Below, piece by piece: positions 51,590 through 64,000 of a DNA stretch of 64,000 nucleotides. A program made the position numbers and the translations under genes. This DNA comes from Bugula neritina (Eukaryota; Animalia; Bryozoa). Where the stretch lies: NCBI GenBank assembly GCA_964035545.1, contig OZ037766.1:10530722-10594721 (forward strand). Reading direction: 5' to 3'. Positions within the stretch are counted from its first letter, which is position 1. Each line of letters starts with the position of its first letter. The notes beneath the pieces are model-generated. The model ran no database searches, was not told the DNA's origin, and worked only from the letters and a program-made list of their open reading frames with translations.

Positions 51590-53640
51590 GAATTATATGT
51601 GAACTGTGAAGTTGCATAGTGATAGTGATACTGATACTGATAGCTACAACTACAAGTACAATAACAATCACAATCAGTGAATCACAATGCAGATGCTCCT
51701 ATAAATGGTAATGTTGAGTTTCAATATATAGTTCTACTTAGTCTTAGGTATACTTATACTTATAGTTATAGGCTACAACATTAGGATTAATATGAATTTT
51801 AATTTTGATTAACTTCAACTTCAAGTGGTTTCAGTTTGATTAAAAACATGATGATCAAGTTCAAGTTATCCTTACGAAGTTTAAGTTGTACTCAGTCATA
51901 CTTATACTTATACTTATAGTTATAGCTATACTCATAGTCATACTCATACTGATGGTTATAGTGATTTGATACAAGTTTAGCTATAAGTTTAAGTTAAAGT
52001 TATACTTTTACTTAATCTAGATCTTATACTATTACTATTAGTATTACTATTAGTATAGTTATAGTTATACTTAATCTTATGTCTTATAGTGATGACTGGT
52101 GTAGTCATATTCAGAGTCATATGCAGTTAGTGTTCATCAAAAGTCAAAGTTGATTATTAACTCTAAGTTCAAGTTTAACGGTTAAACCTAAGGCCAAGCT
52201 AAGGCCAAGGGTGATACTGATAGTAATACTCACCAATCACTTTTACTTAACCTGAGTTTAACTTCAAGTTTAATTCGATGTTACTGCTAGTTATAAGCCT
52301 GAGGATTATGGTATTGGTTATCATCATTATTACTATTAGTATTAGGTTAATTTTCATTTTTAAGCAACCTCAGCATGCTCTAGATGATAATTTATAAATA
52401 TAGCAGTTATGAATTATAATTTGGGTAGTTGAAATAGTAGTTGTACTTGTATTCTCTGTCATAATCATAATGATGATATAAAATGAATAATAGAGTAATA
52501 ACACTAATAGAGTAATGCTTATACTATTACTATTAGTATTAATATTACTATTTGTAATACTAATAGAGTAATAGTTATAGTATTAGTAATATTAATAGCC
52601 ACAATCATACTCATACTCATAGTGATACTGATAACCCTAGTGTTAGTTACTATCACTATGACTATGTCTATAGGTATGACCTTGACTATAATCTTGAGTT
52701 GATGTTGTTTAATTATTTAAAAAAAACATCATTATCATGAAATCTCTCACAAGAAGTAGAAGTAGGACTATTACTTTATTTAGGATGTTGTTACACTCAC
52801 ACTTATTATTATTATACCCTTATAATGTAGTTAAAAGATTGTTATTAAGTCTAACAAATCAATATTACATTCAACACACTTTTACTTTACCTGATCTTGA
52901 GCATCTAGTTAATATTTCTATTTCTAAATATTGTAACTTAATCAGTAAAGCTATGACTAATGACTATCAACATCAGATTTATATTTGATAAAGCATAATA
53001 AATTTAGCCTTCATCATTAGGATTATGGTTAGGGAGCAGCCATGGTCTAGGGAGTAGGGGTTAGAGCGTTTGCTTAGTGAACATGAAGTCATGGGTTTGA
53101 ACCCAGACAAAGGCCATTGGTAATGTTAGGAAGAGCATCTAGTCATAATTGCTCCTGTGCCTCATCTGAACAAGTCCTTAGCCCGATCTAATAAAAACCC
53201 TTTCCATCAGAGGTTTCTCACAGGGATTATGGTTAGCACTATGTGACTGTGTGTATATCAGCATGATTATCATTATGATAATATTTATTGTATTTCATAT
53301 TGTGAGTATTACATATTGATAATTATTAAATTTAATGATCAAGCTTATACTTACTAGTACTAATACAGTTATAGTAATGTACTTTATAGTACTACGATTA
53401 AAAGTAAGACTAAGTATTCAGCTGACAACTAATTACTAAGGAAGTAGTCTACTAACTATAAGTAATCAGTGATTACCAACATTAAGCATAATCACGATGA
53501 TGACTACTTGCAACCCTTATGATGATTACTTTATTTGTAGTATTATCTATATAATGGATTATTTGATAGAAAGTTATAGTTACAGTTATAACATTTGAAA
53601 CTGATGAAGTAGTAGTAAAAAGTATTAGAATTAGCATTGT
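51590..53640. repeat. Degenerate 6-bp-periodic (ANTNNN)n tract D (longest; interrupted by SINE copy 2)
   Basis: e.g. AGT GAT AGT GAT ACT GAT ACT GAT; AGT CAT ACT TAT ACT TAT ACT TAT AGT TAT AGC TAT ACT CAT AGT CAT ACT CAT ACT GAT; ACT TCA ACT TCA AGT. Confidence 0.85.
53032..53226 (+). mobile_element. tRNA-derived SINE, copy 2 (same family), in DNAJC14 intron 1
   Basis: Aligns over about 190 bp with the reverse complement of 3582-3772 (e.g. GGAAGAGCATCTAGTCATAATTGCTC is identical). GGATTATGGTTAG is repeated at 53020-53032 and 53224-53236. Confidence 0.88.
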
Positions 53641-56600
53641 GAATGTGACTCTTACTTCCTGGCTTTAGCTGATAGGGTTTGTAATGAGTAAAAGCAGCAC
53701 TCAAATGAATGATTGGATTCAAATTAACTCAGATTTGAGGAAATGAAATAAAAATGAAAAATAGATGTGTTCAAAACTTTTAGAAGCCCTGCAAAGTTGA
53801 ATACCTCTTAATTATTACATTTCTTAATGCAAATGATGAGTGTATATATAAGAATATAGGGTTTTGTTTGTTTCAACCAAGATCTCAGTCGTCTGCTACT
53901 ATTGAGCTGAGTATTATGACTTTTCATTTTTGAAATTTCAAAATTGTAATTTTCCTAGTATTGTTATGTTGTCTTATATTCAGATTGTTTGCAACAATCA
54001 AAGTTATTTGAAATAAATAATTTTCCTAAATTTTATAGCATTTTATTTTAATATGAGGTTAGTATTTCTATCTTTGTGCCATGCTTTGCGCTTCATCAAA
54101 TTTAACAATTACTAAATTTGTAAACTTGGGCTCAAATTCATGCTGTTGGATGCATTAAATTCTTTTTTTTGCTGCGAAAAAGTGTTTGTTATACTTGGAA
54201 GGTTATAAATGTTAAGATACTATTTTCTTTAAAAGTAAGTTTACATTACTATGTTATTCTACATACTCAGCCATACAAACATATTATCTGTGCATCGTAA
54301 GTATTACTTTTTATTAAATCTAAGCAACACTATGACTTTGTAGTTTATAAGAAATCTGTGTTATTAGAGTTTGAAGAAACTAATAAGTTGTTTGTCAGGC
54401 TGCAGGTTTTGAAATAGCTTTTACTAAATTTGCCTTTTTTTGCCTTGAAAATACTCATAAAAATGCATTTTAGTTATAGACATATAAAGCGTCAAACCTT
54501 GAAATGAATTATCACAAGGATAGCCCAATTCACTTATTTTCATTTATGTTCAGTTTTTAACTTAGTAACTGAACTTTGTTTGATAAAATCTATAAAATGC
54601 AAATACCTCGAACAAATGGACTGAACAAATATTCTAGAAACATTGTTCAATTTTGCTTTGGTTATTTTGAAAACTAAGGAGACAGTTATTAGCACTGGCT
54701 CAACTTGATTTTATCATTTTTTCAGTTGATCATCGTATAATAAAATAATGGGGCATTCAACAGTAAAATATATTAATATTTATTCCACAATCAATGTTTT
54801 GATATCAAGTTCTAGAAAAAAAAGTGCAGAGCAATGAGTATTCTACATGATGGTGTAGCCACCTCATCCAAGTTATCATCTAAAGATAGCAAAGTATTGT
54901 TGACTAAGAAGTTTAATGACATTCCCCACATTGTCTCTTATAGTTCCTGTATCCTGGTTGCTTTATAATCTCTGAGTCAGTATTTGCATTACATTGAGGG
55001 TGGTTGATGGCATGACTTGTTTGCCCTGCAATTCAAAATCGTACAGACTTGTTTTAAAACCACACATTGAATGCCGTTTATTTGTTTTTCTATTACTGTT
55101 AGTTTTAACTATGGTCATGCAATATACACGCCAGATACTGAAAAGTAGTATCTTAGCTTTTCGTACTTGCATGCTTCAGTGTAGTAGACTGTAATATATA
55201 ATACTACGGCAGTTTTCTTGTAGCTATATCAAAGGTGCCCTAGCCATTCTACTTACAGCTGAGCCCACACAATATCTATTGGCAATACAAATTAGAAATT
55301 ATGGTTCTATTCATGCAATGCTTTAATTTAGCTTGCACCGAAGCTATTTTTTGTTTCATTCTGTTCTACAAACTATGAATACAAAGTTTTAGCTTGAGCA
55401 GCAATTATGTTGCTGATGGTATGATTTCATTCAAATCATTCAATCAATGTAGGTAGTTAGTGTTAATACAAAACACTACTCCAAGTAGATTTGCAATTGT
55501 ACTGCTGCCTTATGCTGCTGCCTGTTTTATACTCCTGGGAGTTGTTGTAGCTGCAGTCCTAACTCAGTAATAGGTAGGCCATTGATTTTTCCTTTTCAAC
55601 TTTAGAGCGTTTACCTTCCAAGGTGATGATGGTGTTAGCATTGTGTAATAGTGCACAGGGCTCAACTGCATATACAAACATCCACTAGAGTACGCTAACC
55701 TTTTTCCATGCATTTTTAGAGCCTATAAACAAACTTATGAGGAATACAAGTCCTTACTGTATGGAGTTGATTGCTCTGTAAGGGCAATTTTTAGTATTAT
55801 ATGGTTGGATTTGTTAATTAAGCCTATTTGGTCATAGTGTATGGTGATAAAAGCTGGCATATTCACCTACAGCATTCAATGGCTGATCAGATAATGCTAC
55901 AGCACTCTGGAAGCTCCAGTTCTAACTACTCACTCAATATCGCCACTCCTCAACCTTGAATTTATTCGACTTGGTTTTTCATGTCCCGCCTTACTAATAT
56001 GAGTTGTTCTACATATATGTGTCAAGTTGAATAATTTCAAAGTTGCAGTTTTAATTTCATATTTACTATTTCACTTGACATGTGAATAAATTATTTAGAT
56101 TAAAAACTCAAAAGGTTGTTCATTGGGAGGTGATCATTGGGAGGTGTAGTCATGGGTGATTGATGTCTGCTGCATACATATTAAATAGAATTAAAATCTC
56201 TATGTACTTGTGCAACCAGGCTTACTCCTTACACACTGAACTGCCATGGGACTTGAATTGTATCTCCAAATATCCTGTAATACATTTACTTTCCTCTGCT
56301 ATTCAACTACTATAATAAACGGAATATGGGTTTCATCTTACCTTTTGTATTCATGTTCTAATATGTGTTATACACATCTCCCATTTCGAGGTCGTTCTAT
56401 TGTCAATGTTTGAAACTAGCAATACAATGCAGCAGTGAGTGGTCTAGTAATAAATTCAGACCAACTATTGATCAATGTGTTTACCAGAACAGTCAGCAAT
56501 AAAAAATACTGTTTATATCTTTATGTTGCAACTTGTATATATGTGCAACAATGGTGCTGTTTTATTTTTTGTATTTATGTATCTCTTGGTTTAGAGCTTG

Positions 56601-56873
56601 ACTGAACAAGTGGCACTTTCTGAAAACCATGGCATACCTTTAAACTGGCCAGATTTAACTTAACCACAATTGAATATATTTTTTAATCATAATAACTTGA
56701 AGATATTGGCTAGTTGATAGCCTGCAATGTTCTACTTACAATTAAGTTGAATAGACACACCTTTGGTGAAAATTCAAGTATAACTTTGGTAGCTATTGTG
56801 CTCTGTACTAACATATTGTCTTATGCATATTATTGTTCATCTCTTACAGGTATTAAGCCGTTAGCACGGAGTG

Positions 56874-59800
56874 ATGTCCGAACCAATGACAGAAGAGGAT
56901 CTGCTGCTTAGTCAGCATTCTTTTGATATTGATAACTTTTTAAAGGATTGTGACGTTGCTAATGAGTTCCCTATTAATGTCAGTGGGCATTCAGGTTTGC
57001 TGGGACCAACCAACATATGGTCCTCAACATCCAGCTCCACCGCTTGTAATGGATTTTCTTCTTTCCCTGGCCTCAGTGGCAGATACCCTGCTGAATGTAA
57101 TAATACTCAGTGGTCTACTTACACCCAGTCCCTGCAGGGCAAGGGGTCCCCCTTGAAGGACGGCTCCTTCACACCCCTGAGTCAGCCTGGGTCTGAGACG
57201 GAGAGTGACAACAGCTGGAGGTTTGACTCTGTCAGCTCTTTGGATTTTGGCAAATCCTCAGCTGATTGTGGCCACTATTACCCTGATGCAGCTAGCCAGT
57301 GGGGCAGGAAGGACGAAGATAGCAATGGCATATATGATCCGTTTAGAGGAAGCTCAGTGATAGATGACCTTGGCAGCATGCACATGATGGGTGCCGGAGA
57401 TCGAGAGAAATCACCTCTGAAGCGTAGTCAGTCAGCCAATGTTAGACCCACGTTTGCTGACGTGATGAAGAAGCCATCGTCACCAGGCAGCGAGCCACCA
57501 CCAACTCCAAGTCTGAGCAGCGAGGACCCCGTCTATGGCAGTCAAGACTCCCTCAACAGTCTGCAGGAGAAGAAGATAAAGCCGAAAGTGTTCAGACCGG
57601 CTCAACGCCGCCACGGTGGTTACCATGTACCACTTCCCATTAACCCGGACTCTAAGTACGGGCTTGATGATTTTGAGGTACATGAGGTTGGAGCTCAGCG
57701 GCCTGAGAGAAGTTTCAGTTGTGGTGATTCTATTGGGTGCTCACCGTCGCCAACCACAACGGTAGGCTCTGCAGGCGAGGAAGCTAGGGCTAAGCTCTGT
57801 GTGAATGGCAAGATCTTAACTGGGCAGTCTGGCTCAGCATCAAACTCGAGAGGGAAAGCCAACTGGTTTGATCCTAAGAGAATCTTTCAAAATGGTGGAT
57901 CCAGAGCGAGATCAGAGAGTGTGCCATGTGACACCATCCTCAACAACAACGTCTCGGCCAGGTTTGCTATGAATAGTTATTTATGGTATGAAATACTTGA
58001 GTTGTAGCAGGTGTGGCCGCAAATGCATTCACTGTATTGTTGGTTGCTCTCCTGTAAAATGGTTATTTGGAGTTGGTGGTCTCAGCCATAGGAAAGATAA
58101 CAACTAGTATGCAGTTTAGTAGGCAGGCAGCCTATTTGATAAATCACAATTTTATTTAAATTAACATCAGTAAGTGAAGGGGTTTGTACAGCTTGGCTGG
58201 TGTATTGTGGTGGAGTATGGTTATAATAATTGATCTCTCGAGTAGTTTTTGGTGAAACTAAGTGGGTATTGAATACAGTATTTTTTACTCTTTGTATTCA
58301 GAGCAACTTAGATTATAAAACAAATGTGTTCCACTTAACAGTCAAAGGATAGATTTTCAAGTTTTGCTTCAAATAAACAGTTTCCCCAGTCCAGTCTGTA
58401 CGAACCTGCAAAACATTCATGCCAATGTAGCTCTTACTACTTCTTAGCTAGTAGAATAATCAATTGTCATGATGTCATTGCTGCTTACATCCATGATGCA
58501 TGTATAGTTTGTATGTACATATACAATTATATAATACATAATCTTAGAGCTAATTACAAGCATATTCATATTGCTATTCGCGTTCAGAACTGCATGTAGT
58601 GTGGTAAGATTGACTACTAGTCGCAAGTATTCAATGTTGGAGTTTGTCACTTTTCAGGTCTTCTGGAGTCAAGACTGGAAGTACTAGGAACGAGCCTTCC
58701 TATATAAATAATCTGCACGCAGGAAATAACCCCAAGTCAGCCAAGCAAACCAACACAGATAGAGCTAAGCCATGTAAGTGAAATTGAGGTCAACTGATGA
58801 TTTTTTAGTTTTAAAATGCTTCATTTATGCTTTATTTGTTTTGGGTGATAATAGTCTTAGATATTAATATATTATCCCTCCATCCTCTGTCAGTTGCGTC
58901 CAACGGTACGGTTAGCATAGCGTTCATTTCACAATTTTTGAAGTGCAAAGTTATAACTTATTGTAATAGTTATGATATTGTTCTGGAGAAACCCTTGGTT
59001 TCTTGAGGGATTCAGTATGCTGAGCCAGTTTCTGCAACAAGGTAATATTTGTACTAACTTATAGGTTCTTGGAAATTTATAAAATAACATTTATGAGCAG
59101 TAGTGGAGAAACTGAGATAGCCTAAGTTCCTTAATTTTATTATAAAATAAACGAATTTGTTTCTAGGTATGATTTATAGAATCTCTCTTAGGCCATCTGT
59201 CTAATATCTAAGTTATCTGCTGACTACTAAGTTTCTTCTTAAACTGCCAACTATTTACTCATACTGGCTGAACATTTTAGTCATCCTCATATACTGGCAT
59301 TTTGCTCAGCAGCTAAACTGTAAACTAAGTTAAAATTGATAATTTGTTGCTGAGCAGCATGATGGGCGATACATGTGCAAGTTAAAATGCTAATGGTACA
59401 TAGAATTACTGTTTTTTACATAACCATTGGTAAATCAATTGCCTTGACTGATCTATCTAAGGGTCACTGCTATGTTTCAATGAAATATATTAATATAATT
59501 GCACATAATATTGTTCCTATTTTGGTCTATGAATCTCATTACATTTCAAAATGGTCGGTTAGTTAAATTCCAAATAAATCACCGTGAGTCAGGCTAAGGG
59601 AAAATTGTGTCAGCTTAAAGAGTTGGTCACTGCTGTTGCTGCCTTTTATTGAAAGTCTAGTGAAAACATGTAATCATGACTCCAACTTCAACTCTTTCCA
59701 AAGTTTACTATTTGAATTCGCACTCACTAAGCTCATGATGGCTAGCTAAACAGACATCTAGTTTGACAGCCACTGCCTATAATTTAAACTTTGTTAAGAT

Positions 59801-62800
59801 TTCAATGTTACACAGTTAGGTTTTAGTGAATTGTCTGTCTATATATTTCTATAGTTAGTCGACTAGTGAAAGCTTCTACTACTTGATATAGTTTATATTT
59901 GCTTTGTTTACAGCCATGAATGGTTCATCAGCAAATGTCAATGGAGAGAGCACTTCTGCATGTAATGGAAAACATGTCCCACCACCACCACCTATGTCTA
60001 AAGGTCAGCAATAATATAATATTAGTTATCATATAGTTAGAGTGGATAAGCTTGACTTGGTCCATCTCTTGTCCTGGAAAATAGTTTCAACTAATTCTGT
60101 CTCTTGACTAGACAGAATTATTTGAATAAGTAACTACGTTAGAAGAGTAAATGTAATGTAGCCAGATGAGACATGGGCTATAACAGGCCGTTTTTTAGTG
60201 AAAAGAAAACTAGAAAAACTTGAACAGCTACACATATGGATTCTTAGATTGAGTGGTGATGGCTCACGGCTTGACACTGACTAGCTCAAAAACTGACTTT
60301 GTTAATAGTAAATTCTGTCATAAGCTACCCAAAGATAGCGTTAAACCTTACAATTTGTAAGTCCGGCACCCACAACTCCCCCACTCTGGACTCAATCCAC
60401 TCTATCAGTCCTTGAATGCCCAACTAATACTGTGATCTGGTGTACTCAACATAAAGCAGTATCGACTGTTATGACTTTCTCAACACCTTTACAGCTTACA
60501 GTTTATATAACCACGGCTTAGACCCACACACTATTAGCCTGCCATCTCACACCTCACTGAACTTCTCTGTTAATGTGACACATTCAGTGCACAAACTCTG
60601 CCCTGTACAGTAGTTACAGTGAGATGTCTACTAGCAGCTGCTAGTGTGAACTAAGTGATGTAATGCTTGTATTGGATCTGCAAGGTTGTGATGTTTGGAG
60701 GAGTACAGGATTTGAGTTTGTGGTGTAAATAACTAACCGTGTCTGTGTCGGTTTCTGCAAGGAGTGCGTGCTCATGATGTAGAGTATAGACACTGTAGTG
60801 TGTAGACAGTATTGTAGATGTTGTACAATGTAGACAGTATAGAATGTAGACAGTATAGAATGTAGACAGTGTAGAATGTAGACAGTGTAGAATGTAGACA
60901 ATGTAGAATGTAGAAAGTGTAGAATGTAGACAGCATTGTAGAGAGTGCTATATATAGTAAGCCTATGGGATTGTTACCAGCGTTGCATTATATTTTATGA
61001 TTTCCAGGTCCATGGCAGATGCCTGGCTGTGTGAAGCTGGCTAAGATTATGGCGGTGGAGTTGTTAAAGTATATACTTTTGGCTATCATGTTTATTATGG
61101 GAGTAATTGGACAAGCGTAAGTACCTTAAACACATTAATTCCTTCCCCAACTAAACTAACTATTCTTTACAGTCTAATTAAGTTACTGACTAGTTTCTAG
61201 TAGCTTCGTCTTGATGGGCTGATTTGGTTATTTTGATTGCAGTAGCTTGGGGTTAATAGAGTAATAAAATGCTAACTTATTCTAAACAAAATATTCTCAC
61301 ATATCACGCACTCTGGGGAATAGTCTACTTTTATCATCACTTCCTGGCGTTTCATCGAATGTTTGCGTTGCTCCGGGAGCATAGTTACGAGGTGAATAAC
61401 GCTGCAGCATTCCTTGCACTCTGCTCATTTGTCTTTGTTAAATATGCAAATCATTTTCTATAGTACCCTTGCTGTTCTTTGATACTCTACTCTACGCCTT
61501 ACTTGAGAATTATTACCTGCAGCGTGTATGCCATACTCCAGAATTTACCTGCAGATTGTATGTTGTACTGAAAGCTGCAATAATCATGCTCAGAATTATT
61601 ACACACCTTGTTATATTGGGGTCATTTTGTGAACTTTAATACATCTCTATTTATTGATATACTGAAGTTTTTGAGCTTGGGTTGTAAATTGACATCTTTG
61701 GCCGAACCTAGAATTTTACTCTTGTTTAATATTGGATAGTGAATGTAAAATTTTAATCAGAGCTTTAAAAAAGCTCAAAACCACTCATATGCAGAATGGG
61801 CTGTGAATGTAAACTGTAGCCTTTACCCTAACTAACCTATTTGATTAAAGTAGTAGAGTATAGATTAGATATGAACACAAGTACAATACTCTAATAGATA
61901 CAGAAGAGATAAGACTGACGAGTAGGTCTGCATATAATATGATATAACATGTACATAACTGTAATATGATAATGTGGCATTACATGTACACATACTACAC
62001 AATGCGTAATATGATATGCTGTCTCATGTAGTAAGAGTATATAGCAGTTTCAACACACATTGTATAATGCACTCTGTTTATTTTACAGGTTATACTACAT
62101 CTTCTACCATGCTTATGTAGCATTCGCCACTGGCTTCACATATCTAGCTGTCAAAGTTGGACTCAATAGCAAATCTGAAAATGAAAATGACTTCAATTCT
62201 TTTACACAAAATGTTGAACAATTTACTGTTGGTTTGAAAGAAAATATAAAACTACCTGAAACAAGTGAGTAGTGGTTTATACGTTACTTTCTACTGCATG
62301 CACTAAGTGATATATAGATTAAGTATATTGTTCCTTCCACTATGGTATTTCTATGACATTGTCTAAGGTTAGAGTGACATGATATATCAGGTGTTATCCC
62401 TTCTCTAAACTAGTAAAACCTGTGGCTGTGATTACCACCATAAATAAACAAACATTTAGATGAGTCTGACAATAACTAGTCGAGGAACTAGCTGCTGGTG
62501 GCCTTATTTACCATCTGGTAAATTCTTTTGTAATGGTGATATTCATATTTCCTTATGTTTTATCAAATAGATTTTTATTAGTTGGGTAATCTGTAAAGAT
62601 AATATTATATAGTTTCTCATCAAAAAAGATTGCATACTTTCACGACAGGGGTTTTTCCCAACCTTAGTTGTAAGCTCGTAGGCTATCAAAGACAACTTTG
62701 TGCATACATGCAAGTAAGTAGAACAGCTGCTCCTTTACCAAGTAAAAGTTTGGTGAACTCAACTGTTTGAACTGACTGCAGGTGAAGAAGCCATGAGGCG

Positions 62801-63548
62801 CCTGCTCACTTGTCAGGGTAAAGATGCTTATAGTATACTGGGACTCCGCTTTGATGCTTCGGAAGAGGAAATAAAACGCTACTATAGGCGCCAAGCTGTG
62901 CTCGTTCACCCAGATAAGGTAGGTCCAGGCTTTGCACTTGTTGCAAGGAGTGGGGACAGTTATGCTAGGCAAGCATCTGTATTAATTGTTGTAAGTTGTC
63001 GTTTGCATTAGCCAAAAATCGTACTTGGCTGATTTCTCCCAATATTTTTGTACTGATATTTGTTTATACATGCTTAATTCACAGTTTTATATTGTTACAA
63101 AGGCCACCGAAATGTAACTCTGGTTATATAGTTATAGCTTTCCGCATGATATATTACGTAGGTGACCAGTATTTTGCATATAATGTCTCCATGGAATTTG
63201 GCTGCAAGCCTAGTTTGTAAAGCTGCTTGCAGGGTATTGCTTGTTTTTTTCAGCTACTCTAGTTTAGGATTTCATTTTGTCGCAACTTCTTGCCGTGGCT
63301 TAGCCTAGTGTTCACATGATGTTCACTGTTAAAATTAAGCTCAGGTTTTTTAATGAGAAGACAACTTTTATTAGCAGTTATAGACATATAACCCACAGTG
63401 CAAACTTCAGTGTTGCAGTTTCCTAAATAAACTCTCTATATATATGTATGTATGTATGCATACTACTCTGTGTTTACAGAATCAGCAGGCTGGTGCTGAG
63501 GAGGCTTTTAAGATCCTCGGGCAGGCCGTGGAGTATATAGGAACCCAG
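56874..63548 (+). CDS. DNAJC14: DnaJ homolog subfamily C member 14, 5' part (continues off right edge)
   Basis: Exons 56874-57961 (Ser-rich disordered N-terminus), 58658-58773, 59914-60003, 61008-61116 (hydrophobic segment), 62089-62264 ([11 protein letters not shown]), 62782-62918 ([33 protein letters not shown]), 63480-63548 ([10 protein letters not shown]). A J-domain with HPD preceded by hydrophobic segments and the LPxxxEEAMxRLL motif is typical of DNAJC14. Confidence 0.9.
60827..60933. repeat. 16-bp minisatellite (AATGTAGACAGTRTAG)n, about 6.5 units, with degenerate flank from about 60778
   Basis: Direct tandem repeat visible in a DNAJC14 intron. Confidence 0.93.
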
Positions 63549-64000
63549 GTAAGGGTTACAAGTTACAGTTGTAGTAGTAGAATGTCTGGTGATATATTAA
63601 AATGCTTAGCTAGCATGAGTGAAACCAACTAGTGAGCTTGTACAACTCTAACTGCCCGTAGACAAAAGGCTACACAACTGCAGCTTTGTCATTATTGCTA
63701 GCAATTAATGATTGAATGTTTCTTAGAAACAAAGGACTAGCTAATAAAAGGAATAATCCATAATGTTATTTATATGATATCTAACTAGACTAATATAAGT
63801 ACATTAGTCGTAGCTAGGGTGTAATTAATGCTAGTACTAGTAGGTTAGTAACTGATCAGCCAAGCGTAGCAGATGCAGGAGTTGTTCAACCTTTACTGTT
63901 GATCACATCATTCTTGAGAGATGTGAAAGTTATAAAGGGCTTCATCAGTACTACTTAGTATTTGTGATGTACGCTTGTTAAGTATGTATTGACAAGATAT

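Noticed and set aside
51890-51980. Lattice read as protein (SHTYTYTYSYSYTHSHTHTD, resembling TxT beta-solenoid or ice-binding repeats)
   Set aside because: Frequent phase slips and stops on both strands, no long ORF and no convincing splice sites; the Ser/Thr alternation is a by-product of AST triplets.
60641-60901. 86-aa minus-strand ORF
   Set aside because: Largely translation of the 16-bp minisatellite.
61260-61460. Relatively GC-rich intronic patch, possible snoRNA or exon
   Set aside because: No clear C/D or H/ACA boxes and no in-phase acceptor.
61555-61620. Frame-preserving 66-nt hydrophobic cassette exon in DNAJC14
   Set aside because: Weak donor (GTCATT), and it lies in a degenerate ~33-bp local duplication; cannot be supported without RNA data.
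1681-63220. Most remaining 60-110 aa ORFs in the track (antisense to exons or within AT-rich introns)
   Set aside because: Antisense shadows or chance ORFs rich in F/I/L/Y/K with no recognisable domains.

Overview
AT-rich, intron-rich invertebrate animal genomic DNA; the species cannot be determined from the sequence. Four spliced host genes can be reconstructed exon by exon: (1) the 5' part of a fibrillin gene on the minus strand, running off the left edge, with tRNA-Glu(TTC), tRNA-Gln(CTG) and a tRNA-derived SINE in its introns and one GC-AG intron; (2) a complete uridine phosphorylase gene on the plus strand, head-to-head with fibrillin; (3) a complete secreted astacin metalloprotease (signal/pro-astacin-EGF-PAN-degenerate C-type lectin), whose 6.4-kb intron holds a decayed KolX/P2X7-ballast-like pseudogene, probably a Kolobok transposon relic; (4) the 5' part of DNAJC14, running off the right edge. 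The most unusual signal is four 0.6-2 kb non-coding tracts built on a degenerate, strand-symmetric 6-bp lattice, (A-S-T-N-N-N)n. They share exact 14-21-bp words. Three lie just downstream of a CpG-rich promoter-like core (UPP, DNAJC14, left arm of the relic) and the fourth lies 5' of the KolX-like exons. None was seen downstream of the inferred fibrillin or astacin starts. All coordinates were derived by eye and may be off by a base or two.
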